Positions 19,611 through 31,403 of a stretch of DNA of 64,000 nt are shown here, one piece after another. The notes under the pieces are model-generated. The model did not search any database and had not been told where the DNA came from. It worked only from the letters and a program-made list of their open reading frames with translations. Positions within the stretch are counted from its first letter, which is position 1. Every line of letters begins with the position of its first letter. Origin of the DNA: Psammoneis japonica (taxonomy: Eukaryota); assembly GCA_008632985.1 (NCBI GenBank), contig QPGO01000102.1, forward strand, positions 124,001 through 188,000. The letters run 5' to 3'. The position numbers and the translations under genes were made by a program.

Positions 19611-21265
19611 TGTGGTTGCAACATGATGTCTCAAACAGCAGCAGCAGTGCTGCAGTTGGCATTGATGCAGTTTGCAAGGATGCTGGTGGCACAGACTCTA
19701 GCAGCAGCCACACTGCTGGTGGTGTCCCCCAAGATCACAGCAACCACCTCCAACAACAGCACCTCTGACAGCAACAGCAACAGCAGCACTTCCAGCTGGG
19801 TGAATGATGATGATGACATGTTGCAAATGATGACTCAGCCAGAGTGCAGCAAGCCAGGTGATGCTCCAGAATGGCTCATTGTGGGCTCCTCTGACAAAGC
19901 CAGTGGAAATGCCAATGGCGCCAATGCGGCAGCTCATGAAGGTGCTGGCAGCTCACCCTTTGACTCACCCAATGAAGCTGCTCACAATGGCACTCCTTTC
20001 TCCCATCCTGGCTCATTGTCTTTCATTTTGATGCCACCACTCATTGCCAGCCACCTTGTTGTTTTTCTTTGGAGTTCCCCGCCAAGCAGCAAAACAAGGA
20101 ACTTCTTAAAAAATGTGGCTCACTGTTGATGATCTTGTTTGTCAGGAGATTGTTGACTTGCACCCTGCCAAGGATGAGATTTTGAATTGTTTTGAAAACC
20201 AGCAGTCTTCGTTTGAGAAACTCAAGCTGAAGTGCCCCAAACAATTTTTTTCCTGTCGGGCATTGTTTTTTGAGAAGCTGCAAACAGCTGCACCAGGTGG
20301 CTGTCCAGTTCTCAGACATGTGAGCTGTGAGCTGCACCCACATTGCCAAGAAGGTTGTGCACCAGAGACAAAATGCTCTTTCACCACTCAGAGCAAACCT
20401 GACATGGGTCACCAAAGACAAGCAACCCTTCATTGGGAACTCTGCAGGAAAACAGAGCCAGCTCATGTGCCCCTTGAATGTCATCAAACAGTGTCTTTGG
20501 GGGGGGGGGGGGGGGCACTCAAAAATGCACAGTGACAGGAAGTTGTCAAGAAGCATCTCAAACAATGAGACTGGGTCATTGCTCCACCAAGGAAAGTGGG
20601 AAGTCAAACAAAGTGCTTTGCCTGCAAAAAGACAAGCATTTTGTGCAACAATTGCCCAAGTTTCCAAGCACTCAAGAGGCATTCCTCAAGACAGAAGACA
20701 CAAGGCAAAGATCTGTCCCATGTGCTCAACAGTGAAATGCCCCCCAACAACACAAGGGATGTTTGTGATGATCACATGGAGTCAGAAATGTGCCCCACCA
20801 AAATGAGTGGTGTCATCATTCACAGCAGTCTCCACATGGTGGTGGACAACCATGGCAAAAGTTGCCTTGAGCATCCCTCTCTGACAAAGACAGCAAATGT
20901 GGACCATGACTTCAAAAAACACCAACGGCAACCGTGCTTTCATCAACAAAAAAATTGTCCACTTCTCACATCATCTGTGAGATGGATGCTGGGAACTGTG
21001 TGACCACAAGTGGCTTCACAGACATGCACATCACAGCTGCCGTTGGTGTTCGGGACGCTTTCGGTAGCTCCATGCTATACAGCATCATTTATCGGTGCGG
21101 TAACCAGCACGATTCCTCAACAGTGCCATGCTGTACCATAGTTCATAGAGTAGGGCCCTACTAGTAGACTTACGAATAGATGCAGTAGGTTAGTATGACG
21201 TTACCTAAACTCATAACTAGGAGTTTCACGCTGTGCATTGACCACAGCGGTTCTAGAAAGGGAAT

Positions 21266-22153
21266 TCAAAGCGCCTCACGTTTTCGCTTGCGATTTTCCG
21301 TGGTGGCCGTCTTGATTAGAGAAGGCTTTTCTTTGAGGAAGTGGTAAATCAAATCAGGCTCTTTTCGCATGCGCCCCAACACATTTGCCCACAAGGCATC
21401 AGGGACCAAAGACTTCTGCAACAAGGAGCTTCCTTTCTTTTTGCAATCACGATAGTCCTCGATTTCGGTACACGCTTTCTCTCCAACAATGTCACCCAAA
21501 GAAAAACGAAGTATTGCTGTGTTTTCCTTTAGTGAATGAGCTAAAGCTCTCTCTCCAGCATCACCAAAACGATTTGGCCAGACGCTGAGGCATTTTATTG
21601 TGCGATTCTTTTGCAACATCTTTCCAAAAGCTCTGGCACCTTCATCGCCGAATATATTACTGAATATATCAAATATCTCAATCGTCCTATTTTGGGCAAG
21701 GCCTTTCCCGATGGCTCTGGCGCCTTCATCTCCTATGCGATTCCCTTTCAGATCAACGCTTCTAACCGTGTCGTTCTGGGCAAGTCCCTTCGAAAGCTCT
21801 TGTGCTCCATCGTCTCCAATTTTATTGACAGATAGAGACAAACATTTGATTGTATGATTTGTTTTCAACATTTCTCCAATGTGTTTTGCGCCCTCGTTGC
21901 CAATCTGATTGAAGTCAAGCCGGACAGTCTCGACTGAAGTATTGTTCCTCAACGCCTCACACAGACACTTGATGCCAGTCGGGCCAATGTTGTTCAAAGA
22001 TAACACCAATTCTCTTAGCCGTGGCAGAGAAGGGATCACTCGGCACAATTGGCGCATCTCTTCATCTCCGATGTTTTTGTCACATAGTTCAATCGACTCA
22101 ACATTCGGAACTCTCATCGCCAATATCTCTTGTAAATCATTTGAAAATGCCAT
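21266..22153 (-). CDS. RNI-like (LRR_6 / NLRC3-like) leucine-rich repeat protein, 295 aa
   Basis: 28-residue repeats 'L.L..N.IGDEGA..I...L..N.TI' and the C-terminal 'LWANVL...PDLIYHFLKEKP'. Confidence 0.9.
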   Translation of the reverse strand: MAFSNDLQEILAMRVPNVESIELCDKNIGDEEMRQLCRVIPSLPRLRELVLSLNNIGPTGIKCLCEALRNNTSVETVRLDFNQIGNEGAKHIGEMLKTNHTIKCLSLSVNKIGDDGAQELSKGLAQNDTVRSVDLKGNRIGDEGARAIGKGLAQNRTIEIFDIFSNIFGDEGARAFGKMLQKNRTIKCLSVWPNRFGDAGERALAHSLKENTAILRFSLGDIVGEKACTEIEDYRDCKKKGSSLLQKSLVPDALWANVLGRMRKEPDLIYHFLKEKPSLIKTATTENRKRKREAL

Positions 22154-22495
22154 TTTTCAGAGGTATCAAAGAGACAAGAAAATGAGTGAGCACTTGAAGA
22201 GGACAGCGAGAGGTTTTCAACAAAGATAACAACAACGATGTTGCGTTGACGCAGACTTCGTATTGTTCCAGCACTTCGATCGTCGCGTGATGCGGGCGGC
22301 GGGCATGCCTAATTCTGAAAATCGTGTATGTATGTACTGTATTGTGCCGCGCAGACAGACGCGCAATCGCGCGTCTGTCTGCGTACGAACATGCTCGCGG
22401 CAACACAACATTGAACATCATCATCTCACAATGACCGAGCCGCCGTCGGATTGGCGTTGCTGTGTAACTGTGTAATAGTTAACATCATTGACAAT

Positions 22496-23758
22496 ATGAT
22501 GGAAGCAATCAATCACAAGCCAATTCTTGTAGCTCTGTTTCGAGCGCTTGCATGCTGGATAGCCTTGTACTTGCTTGTAGCTCATGTATACATGATTGTC
22601 ACGTGGCCGTCCGTGTCGTCCGAGGCAGCAGCAGCCGCATCAACGAGTCAGATAATACAGTACAAAGAAGAAGAAGAAGAAAAGGCAATTGTTGAGGACG
22701 ATAATTCGGAGGAAGTGTATTATAAAGAGCTTTCTGAAAAGGTCGAGAGGCTCCAACAAGAATTGCAAAGTGTAGATAGCAAGCACGGAGAATGGTACGA
22801 GTCGACACAACAGCGAGTCTCGCTACTCGAGCACAATGCCAATTCTCAGTTACTGCTAAATCCATCTCCTGAATTGGACTGGCAACAGGTAAAGTTGCCA
22901 CATTTGCAACACTTACTGGAGCAAACCAACTTGGAAGGACTGACAGACGAGGACCTCTCGACGGCTCTTGACAACGTTTCCCAAGAAGTGGATGCCGTGA
23001 TGAATCGGTTTGATTCGGTTGCGTGGGACGGGTGGCTGTCGATTCTAAAGGGAGATTATGCAAGAGAAGTGCCCTCACCGAAACGGTGTAGTGACGGTAA
23101 TGATGATGATTCTTCTGCATCACCCGATACAGCACGTCATAGTGACTTGTATTCTCGAGTCCAAAAGGTGGAGGCAGCCATGGCGAAACGAAAAGACACG
23201 CCACTGACCGAGGGAGAAGTCGTTTCCTCGATTCAATCGACTGTTCAACAACAGTCCATGAATGATCAAGATGATGGCGAGTACAGTGGCAATGATGATG
23301 AACAAAATGATGATGAGTGTGTAGATGCCGATCAAGTTGAATGGCTGGTGGACCAAGGTTTGGATGCACTGTTGCGGCACAAGGACTTGCGCATGGTTCT
23401 ACAGAGAGCGCTGGCAGAGATTGATGAGGAGGCTGCCAAGAGAGTCATTTTGGATGCTGTATTTCCATCTGGCACCAAGACTGTTGGCAGTAGCGGTAGT
23501 AGCGACAGCGTCAATTTGCGACACTTGTTGGATACGCCACTCGTTTCGCAAAAGTCACCCAAGTGGGTCGATGGTGTTGTGGAACATGTTAGCGGGCATG
23601 TGGATATCGTAGACGATACTTTGGATTCTCTCTTGAATGATGACAATGACTCTATTGGCAAAATACTCGTCTCAAAGGTTTTAAATGCAGCGGGGAGAGT
23701 CAATGTTCCGAATCCTTACAGCCATATTGACAGCAAGGCGGGTATGCTAAAACCATGA
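22496..23758 (+). CDS. Hypothetical membrane-anchored coiled-coil protein
   Basis: About 420-aa ORF with an N-terminal hydrophobic segment followed by an acidic coiled coil; normal host composition. Confidence 0.75.
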   Translation: MMEAINHKPILVALFRALACWIALYLLVAHVYMIVTWPSVSSEAAAAASTSQIIQYKEEEEEKAIVEDDNSEEVYYKELSEKVERLQQELQSVDSKHGEWYESTQQRVSLLEHNANSQLLLNPSPELDWQQVKLPHLQHLLEQTNLEGLTDEDLSTALDNVSQEVDAVMNRFDSVAWDGWLSILKGDYAREVPSPKRCSDGNDDDSSASPDTARHSDLYSRVQKVEAAMAKRKDTPLTEGEVVSSIQSTVQQQSMNDQDDGEYSGNDDEQNDDECVDADQVEWLVDQGLDALLRHKDLRMVLQRALAEIDEEAAKRVILDAVFPSGTKTVGSSGSSDSVNLRHLLDTPLVSQKSPKWVDGVVEHVSGHVDIVDDTLDSLLNDDNDSIGKILVSKVLNAAGRVNVPNPYSHIDSKAGMLKP

Positions 23759-23846
23759 TGCACTCTCTCTGCAATAACAGCTGTAGATTGTAATATCTAA
23801 AATAACACAACGGGGCATTTATTTTATCTTCTTAACCAGAGCGCTG

Positions 23847-26800
23847 CTACTTTTTGAAGCCCTTTAGGCTCAGCTTTTTCTTTTCCGGAGCTTGCACTTC
23901 CGGAGCGGCGTATCCGCTCATTTCAGCTCGAACCGACATTTCCATAATAGCTCGTCCTTGTTCCGACATGGACGCCATGCATGCCTTGAACAAAAGTGGA
24001 GACGTCCGTACAATGTGCATGGTAGCTTGTGCAGACATTCGACCCAAGGCCGGATCGGCTCCAGATGGCGTTCGTGATGGGTGGTTGGGAAGGCCATTGA
24101 AGAGAATGACGCTCACTAATGCTTCAAAAACCACCGAGAGGAAGGCCGAAACCTCATCGTCGTTGGCTTCTGCTGCAGAGGTCAAATGTTGAAACCCGAG
24201 CATTACAATTTTCATTGCATCAGCGCAAACAAGAGTGCGACGTGCCTCAATTTCCTTGACTGAGATACCTGACAGAGTTCCATAACAACGGAAAAGGAAC
24301 AAGGCTTGGGCTCCAACACCATGCATGACACATCCAACTAGCTTGCTATCAATTGGTGCTCCCTGAACAAGACTACGGACAGCCGCCAGTGCGGCAGCAT
24401 GGCGTTGATAATCCTGCAAATCTTCCATGGCGGAACGGACACCATTTAGACTATGCCGCATTCCGGATCCGTCCTCGAGCTTTCCACAAATTACAGCCCA
24501 TGCACCCCAGTTACCTTCGGCAGCCATGTTCTTGGCAATGAGTCGCTGGTCCGAAGGTGGCGTCGACTCGTGGCCCATGCATTTAATCAAAAGCGTGGAT
24601 GCCGCTTTCGTAACCTCATCTGGTGTCGAGGCGACGACGATAGCAAGTCTAGTGAAAGATGCAGCATGGCTTTCACCAACTCATCATCGCCTGCTGGACC
24701 GTCAAGCAATTTCGATACCGCTCGTAGGCACGATGCGACGACATGAGCCAATACTCATTGTCGAGAGTTATCCTTCCTTGTTGTACAGCGTCGAGTGGAG
24801 TCAACACAGCGCGAACAATAGAGTTCAGGTCATCCTGTCTAGATCTGTACAACCAGCGACTTCCTCATAAAAGAAACATGCTTCAAACACTAGCTCTCGG
24901 CTGTCAACTGCTGTTTTGCTTGGAGGACTTTCGGCTTCCTTAACCTCCTCTTCCTTGGTTTCAGTCGTCTCTTCCTTCTTCGCCGTCTGACTTCTTCGCT
25001 GGCTTATCCTCGTCTGCATTCAGAATAGGGGACAATACAAGCTGCGAGAGCTCGTCCACCACCAGTCCTAGTTCCTCTCTGCCTGGAATATCAGACAGCC
25101 CATTTGACGAAGCTTTCAAAAGTTCGCGGATTCCATGCAAGCATGAGGTGGCAATGTCGTTTGCAACCAAACCCCTCGACCACAAATGGGCATTCTTCGT
25201 GGGTGATTTTGATCCTTCTGCGGACAGATATGTGAGAGAATCATGCAGTCCTACAAAAAGTACAGGCACCAGCTTCTCCATCCAAACCCCACTAGCTTTG
25301 ACCATATCCTCGTCTACCCCTTCCGCGGTGGATAGACGCACAAGGCAAGACAGTGCGTTCGAAGCACACGCAGGCCATGAATGAACCATTGCTACCTTGG
25401 TATTCGCATCCAAATCGGTGACATTCGCAAATGTCAAACCGGCTTCACAAGAGACCGACAGGGTGTCGTCGACTTTCGCCTCGTCTTCGGATTGGAAGGA
25501 ACCCGTAGGACTTCCACAGAGTGACAGTCCGTTGCCTCGCAACAACCGTACTCCGTCGATAGCCAGTGCGGCTGAATGAACGGCGATTCCACTAGTGCTC
25601 TTGTCGATAATGTCCACTACCGGACTAGCGACGCTCTCAGCCAATATCCCTTCATCGAAGAAAAACTTCAACTTCGCAACCGTCCACAGTTTCCCAATGC
25701 GAGGAAGCAAACTGGATCTGTCTTTGTCGAAGCTTTCGTCGTCATTAGGTCGAAACGGGCTGTTTAAAATTTCCTCGGGGTAAGGGTGGAATGGGATTTC
25801 GGTTGTAGGAGGGATTACCGGACGAGCTAACCGTTTTAGCGACATGGAATCAATTAAGAGTCCTCGCTCTGCAAGCGTCTGGAGTGCGTCACATCCAGCC
25901 ATAAACAGATGGAACGCCGGTTCCCCGTCGGTCTCATCACTCGCTCCCAGTGCCTGCTTAACCGAAGAAAAGATCTGAGACGCGAACTGTTCAAGAATGC
26001 TAACATCGGGTTGATCTGGGTCAGAAATGTCGCCGGTGGCCGTCACTAGCGAAGCCAATACACGAATGCCACTTTCCTGGAGCAAGAACAGCTCTGACTG
26101 GTCCAGAGTCGCAATCGACGCGCCACAGGCAGCCGAAAGAATCTCTGCAAGATGGAAGACCAAATATGACGAAGGGATCGTGCCATCTCCGTTCGGTTTC
26201 TTCTTCTTGATTTCTCTACAGCTCTGGATACAACTTTCATTGCCCTGGTAGGGTTGAAATCAGGAGCTTCTTTTGTGCTCCTGCCTACCCTTCGACGCAT
26301 CATTATGAGTTGATCCAACGCCATACACCCATTTCTGGTGATCTGGCACTTCACCTGCCATCTTGAAGGGCTCCCGTGATCCAGTACAATCCGTGCGTCA
26401 GCACTGGCCTGTAGATTTGCCGTCCGTATCACATTGGCCCGAGTGTACGGATCGCTGTCTCCCTCATCCTCGGCATCCTCTAGACTTCCACTGAGCAAAT
26501 ACCTGTCAAGTAGCAGCCAATGGAGCAGTCTTCTCGAACTGACAGTATCGGTAGCGAAAGACTCCTGAATAAGGCAGCAATCAAGAGCGGAAACGATCTG
26601 TCGCTCAATCGCATCATGTTTCAAGCTCGCTCGCTCCACCTCGCGAGGAGCGGCAATTTCTCGATAAAGCGTAGCGCTACCATAGCAATGAGAACCGCAA
26701 GTTTCCTCCAAAAGGGCGAGAAGAAACGGCGGGAACTTGGAGTCCTCAGCATCTGTGAAAAGTACTTGAGCCTCACATAGCAACCGTACGCAAAGCACAG

Positions 26801-29800
26801 CTGCTCTGGTCGTAATAGGCGACGACCAACAGCCCGCCTTCGTCCATATCATCTGCCCGTGAACCGTCGGATGATCAGGATTGATAGCGCGGAGAAGGAT
26901 TGGACCACACGAAAAAGGGGAATTCTCTGTGTGAATGAGCTTTGGTGAAGCAGGTGGAAGCAGGTCCTGAAAGGATGACAAACGTTCAAAAAATGCAATA
27001 GCCTCTGATAGGACGGTCGGATGGGACGAGCAAGATTCCGCGATCGACGTGGCCATCCGAGAGAACCGAAACGCAATGTTAGGATCGGAATCTTTGAATC
27101 GGGGTAGCGCAGGCAAGAGAAATGTCATCATTCTCAACAGAACAGAGAGGAAAGCTGCCTCGGCGGCCAATTTCTCGCCCTCTTGCCCTTGGTCACGGTC
27201 AGCTGATGCCACCGTCCACGAAGAAAGAAAGTTAGCTTCGACTGCTTCGATGGATTTTCTCAGGAGCTGAATCACCTCCGCGCTCAGCGATGCCGCGTCC
27301 AGTGGTGCCGAGTAGGAGATAAGAATCACAAACGAATGCAACGCATACGTCTTCACTACGAACGACTCTCGGAGGAGAACACCAATGGATGGGAGGATGC
27401 GAGTCATCATTTGCACGGTTGGGAGGGCGTCGTCTAGTGCTTCGCCAGTCCCGTTCTCAGAGGTAGGAACACCTCTTTTTCGGGCATTTTGCTTCATCTT
27501 GATGTTGTGTGCAGTTCGCTGAATACACGCAAGAGTAAGAAGAGAGCCTGCGCGAGCGGCAGACACCGGTTCCAAGGGAATTGGCCGTGGCTTTCCGTCG
27601 GGCTGATTACCCTGCATAACCTCGTCAAGAGAGTGCAGAACAGCACTTTGGAGGGTATGGGCGTCCTCTGACACTCCGAGTGTTGCCAACAATGCCAAAC
27701 CTTCAGCCGCTGCACGGCGGACAAGGTTCGATGCCGACGGCAGTAGTGTCAGCAGTAGGTCTTTGGCCTTATTCATCCAGCGCGGGCCCAACCCAATAGG
27801 AACATTGTGCGTTGCTTCATACACTGGAAGGGCTTGTATGCATGCCAACAAAACAGCCGTGATATTGGCAACGGCGGCGCTCTCTTGTTTTGACTGCGAG
27901 TAAACAAAAAAAGTATTTATGAGAACAGCTGAGTAGGACGAGTGAACGAACGCTCCATTAGGCATACCTTGCTTCGCCGCTCAGGCTCAGTCAGGGCTGT
28001 ATTGACACCAATCGCACGAGCCAGCTGAGCCAGAAATGGTGGAACCAATGATTCTAGCATATCCATCGCTCGTTGCTGCTCTTTCCCGTCATTCATACTG
28101 AAGTGGCAGCAAACGCCTGTATGGCAGCATCGACAAGGCGGACTTTGGAGCAGCCAGACGGTGACGATGGCTCGCGCCATGTTCCCACCTCATGCAAGGG
28201 TGTGGGAATGTTTCGTTGTTGCTCGGCAGCAAACACGCCAAGGATGGGACTACCTTGAAATTCGCGGATCTCGTCGCCAGACTCGTTGTCGTGAGGGAAA
28301 AAGTGCAAAACCGATTCTCGTTCGCCGTGGTGAGCTGCCTCGGATGTAAGAACCACAAGGTTTTCCTCCACCTCACGGGCGCCGCCAACTTGACCTACAC
28401 GTTGTGCCCGGCAAAGTGTCTTGGCGTCCAACAGCTTGTCTTCGTTGTTGAGAAGCGTAGGGAGAATAGAACAGGTGACTTCTTCCTCCGTACCAGACTG
28501 GATGTGGCGTGCTGCAAAGGCGAAGAGCGTATTGGCAATCAACGGAAATGAACCTGGAGGAAGCCATGCGAATGCCTCCATCACACTCGCCTTTGCACTT
28601 GAGAGTCGCGATGCAGCGGCCGGGTTCAGAGGAGTGCTCCCCAACCGCCCAGTACACAAAAAGAGCGGCAAGGTCTCTTCCAGAATAAGGGACGTTTGGC
28701 TAAGAGCGTCTGGGACAGCCATCATCAATTCAGAGCAGTTCTTGAGATACACTACAACGGAGGAGAGAGCCGCATCAAGACAAATCAAGTCGTGATCTGT
28801 TGTAAAGTTCATGCCGCCTTCGGTAGCGCTTTTGGCCGATTTCTGCCACAAACCAAAAATTTGAGCAAGGTGTGGTGCCATACCAGTAGCTCCCGTGTTG
28901 AAGGCACCCGCAATTATGCCATAACCGGCTCGAACGCAGGTACACGCTGCGCTCGCATTCACCTTGGTCATGATATCACTGTATTGGCACGACACCAAAA
29001 TTTCAGCCACCGACACGCCTGTACTCAAAAGATCCGTAGACAGGCCTCCCGGTAGACGTGGGAACTCTCGAAGCAATATGAAATCATGAGAGCATGTCCA
29101 TGAATGGCATACTGATGAGGCAGCGACTTGTCTCCGTCGGGATTCGATTTCCCGGCGGATCGTCTGAATCGCCGTTTGCGGTTGGGACCACCATCTCCTT
29201 GAGTGCCGCTGCTGTCACTACCCATGCAAGCCAATGTGACAAGCTCCGCATGATGCAATTGAATTTCGTCCACAGATGATCGAAATAACTTGCGCCCCTC
29301 TGTTGGGAAGGGGGCAGCCATGGCGGCACAAGCAATAGCGGCTTCGTGGCGTACGCCATGGTCCGAGTGTGAGAGACACTCCTTGAGCGCCGGAACAAGA
29401 TCCACCAAGGACGAAGCCGCCGCTTGTCCAAGAGTAGTTAACAATGAGAAATTTCAATCAACACCACCTGCAGCTGATGGGGATTCAAGAGCATTGCTGC
29501 TTCGTCTGCGGTTTCCTCATCAACACTACCTGCGTCACTACTGGAAGGGCACAGCTTGATGAGTTCGTGCAGGATATTCACCTGCGTTGGTTCCGAGGAA
29601 ACTTCCGATAGTCCTTGCCTCAGCACTCGACTGGTTGCTACTCGAGCTAATCCGGCGTCGGCGTGAGACTTGTATCGAGTCGCACTGAAGAGAGAGCCGG
29701 AAGAAGTCTTTTCTGTCCCAAAATCATGAGCAGTAGCGTCCAAATGTTCCATAGGAGAGGATGAAGACTCTGTCTGCTTTTTGAGAAGCTGCTTCTGCAG

Positions 29801-31126
29801 TTCTGGTCCAACCATTTGCAACGTAGCACTAATAACTTGTTGCAACGACATACTCTGGGAGGGTCCGATAGTGTCTCCCACTTTGCATTGCAACGCAATA
29901 AGTTTGACTAATGCCAGAGAAACACCAATACGTACAGCGCGCCCTCCCATACTAAACGAACCTCCACCACGAGAAGCTGCCAACTCTCCACCCACTTTGC
30001 AAAAATGATGAACGAGAAACTTGATGGCCGCTGGCAACGTACAGCACGTCATGGCAATACCCGCAGACTTGGTATTGCTGTGATCGCTTCGTTCCGACGA
30101 GCGTTGCTTCTCCCCATACTCAATACTCGTACACAGGCACCGTCCCAGTGCTTCCGACCATGCTGCAGAGACACCCGCCCTTTCGTCATCGACATTCTTC
30201 AGACTCATCACCAAGACATCCTCGAGACTGGCGGTTGGACCACCGGAAGAACCAGCATCGTTGGGTTTGGAAGACTTTTGGCTGATATTGGAAGTAATTA
30301 ACATGGGCGCCACTAGACTGGCAAGATTGGCAGCTGCCTGACGTACTTCAGGAAATTTGTCTGAGGCGGCTTGACGAAGCATACGTACAGTTTCGACAAT
30401 TGCCTTATCTTCCAAGGCAGACTTCAAGACAAACTTTGCTGAAGGATTCTTGGTGAGCGCTTGACGACGACACGCCACAAGGACGGCACACGCGGTTCGA
30501 ACTGATTCTATACGATACGACGGCTCGCCATTCCCACTACTCTTGAGTCCACGATGACTTAGCTGTAAGACATTCAGAGCCCACGGCGTTAGTTTCACAG
30601 ACAAGTCGGATTGAAAGAGCCCGCCTATCACGGCCATGGCTGATATACGAGTTCCTCCCGCCGCCTTTTGTGACTTTGGATTGGTACCAGCCAAGGCCAT
30701 CATGCGCTGAACAAACTTGAACAAATCATTACGTGTTTTTCCCGTCAATCCATCGCCCAGTACCAAACAGTCCACGACGCAATCGACCCAAAGAGATCTT
30801 AGCGGTGTGGATAGCAACATGGGACCCGTCGTTTTCGACTTGGTGCTCGACACAGAGAGTAATTTCATTAATACTGCCAATAAGCTAGGAGAAGCCACGA
30901 GAGGTTCTTGACGAGACGCGCTCCTGAGCTGAGAGCGTAGAAACGAAAGCTGCAAAAACAAATCCGAGAGAGGAACCGGGGCTGTCGTAGCAAACGAACT
31001 GTGCATGCCTTTGGGCGGTGTAATTGTTTCTGCGCTGGAAGAGGGGGCGAGGCACCGGGTAATTGCTGCACCCAATAAGGCCCCAGCCTCTTCGACCGAC
31101 TGGGGAACGTCATTGTCGGTAGTCAT
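23847..31126 (-). CDS. HEATR5: HEAT-repeat protein of the HEATR5/Laa1/SWEETIE family (one clear intron at about 27967-27897; several 1-bp frame breaks)
   Basis: Consecutive minus-strand ORFs total about 2300 aa. Motifs: 'LKECLSHSDHGVRHEAA', 'RLVDAAIQAF', 'RRAAAEGLALLA', 'ARAGSLLTLACIQR', 'PDVSILEQFASQI'. Confidence 0.75.
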
Positions 31127-31403
31127 AGTGGGCTATGGTGAAGTGTTGCTTTTAGCTGTTTATTGCGGCTCACTTTGCGGTTGTTGTTGTCAGTGTGTCA
31201 TTGTGGATCACAGATTGAGTGGGTGCGTTATGCTCAAGACAATCTCAAATCACTTCCACCGTCTGTGCCCCCCGAAAACTCCCCCGCCACGAAGCATCCT
31301 CCTGCATCAACATCGTTAGTTTATTGTGATACCTTTGATGAAAACCTCGCTGACCTCTTCAGGTGCTCACTCATTTTCTTGTCTCTTTGACACCTCTGAC
31401 AAA

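Noticed and set aside
20113..21003. Possible transposase remnant
   Set aside because: Looks like decayed coding sequence, but no diagnostic motif was recognisable.
15500..21040. Dense overlapping Cys/His/Gln-rich ORFs in all six frames (also 35.4-40.4 kb)
   Set aside because: Explained by loss of TAA/TAG stops through TA depletion; not evidence of real genes.
23847..31126. HEATR5 as a pseudogene or a programmed-frameshift gene
   Set aside because: Breaks at about 29444, 29080 and 28100 are single-base losses in short runs within an otherwise intact frame, and a similar break occurs in the ROD-like gene. Long-read consensus errors are the simplest explanation; short reads would settle it.
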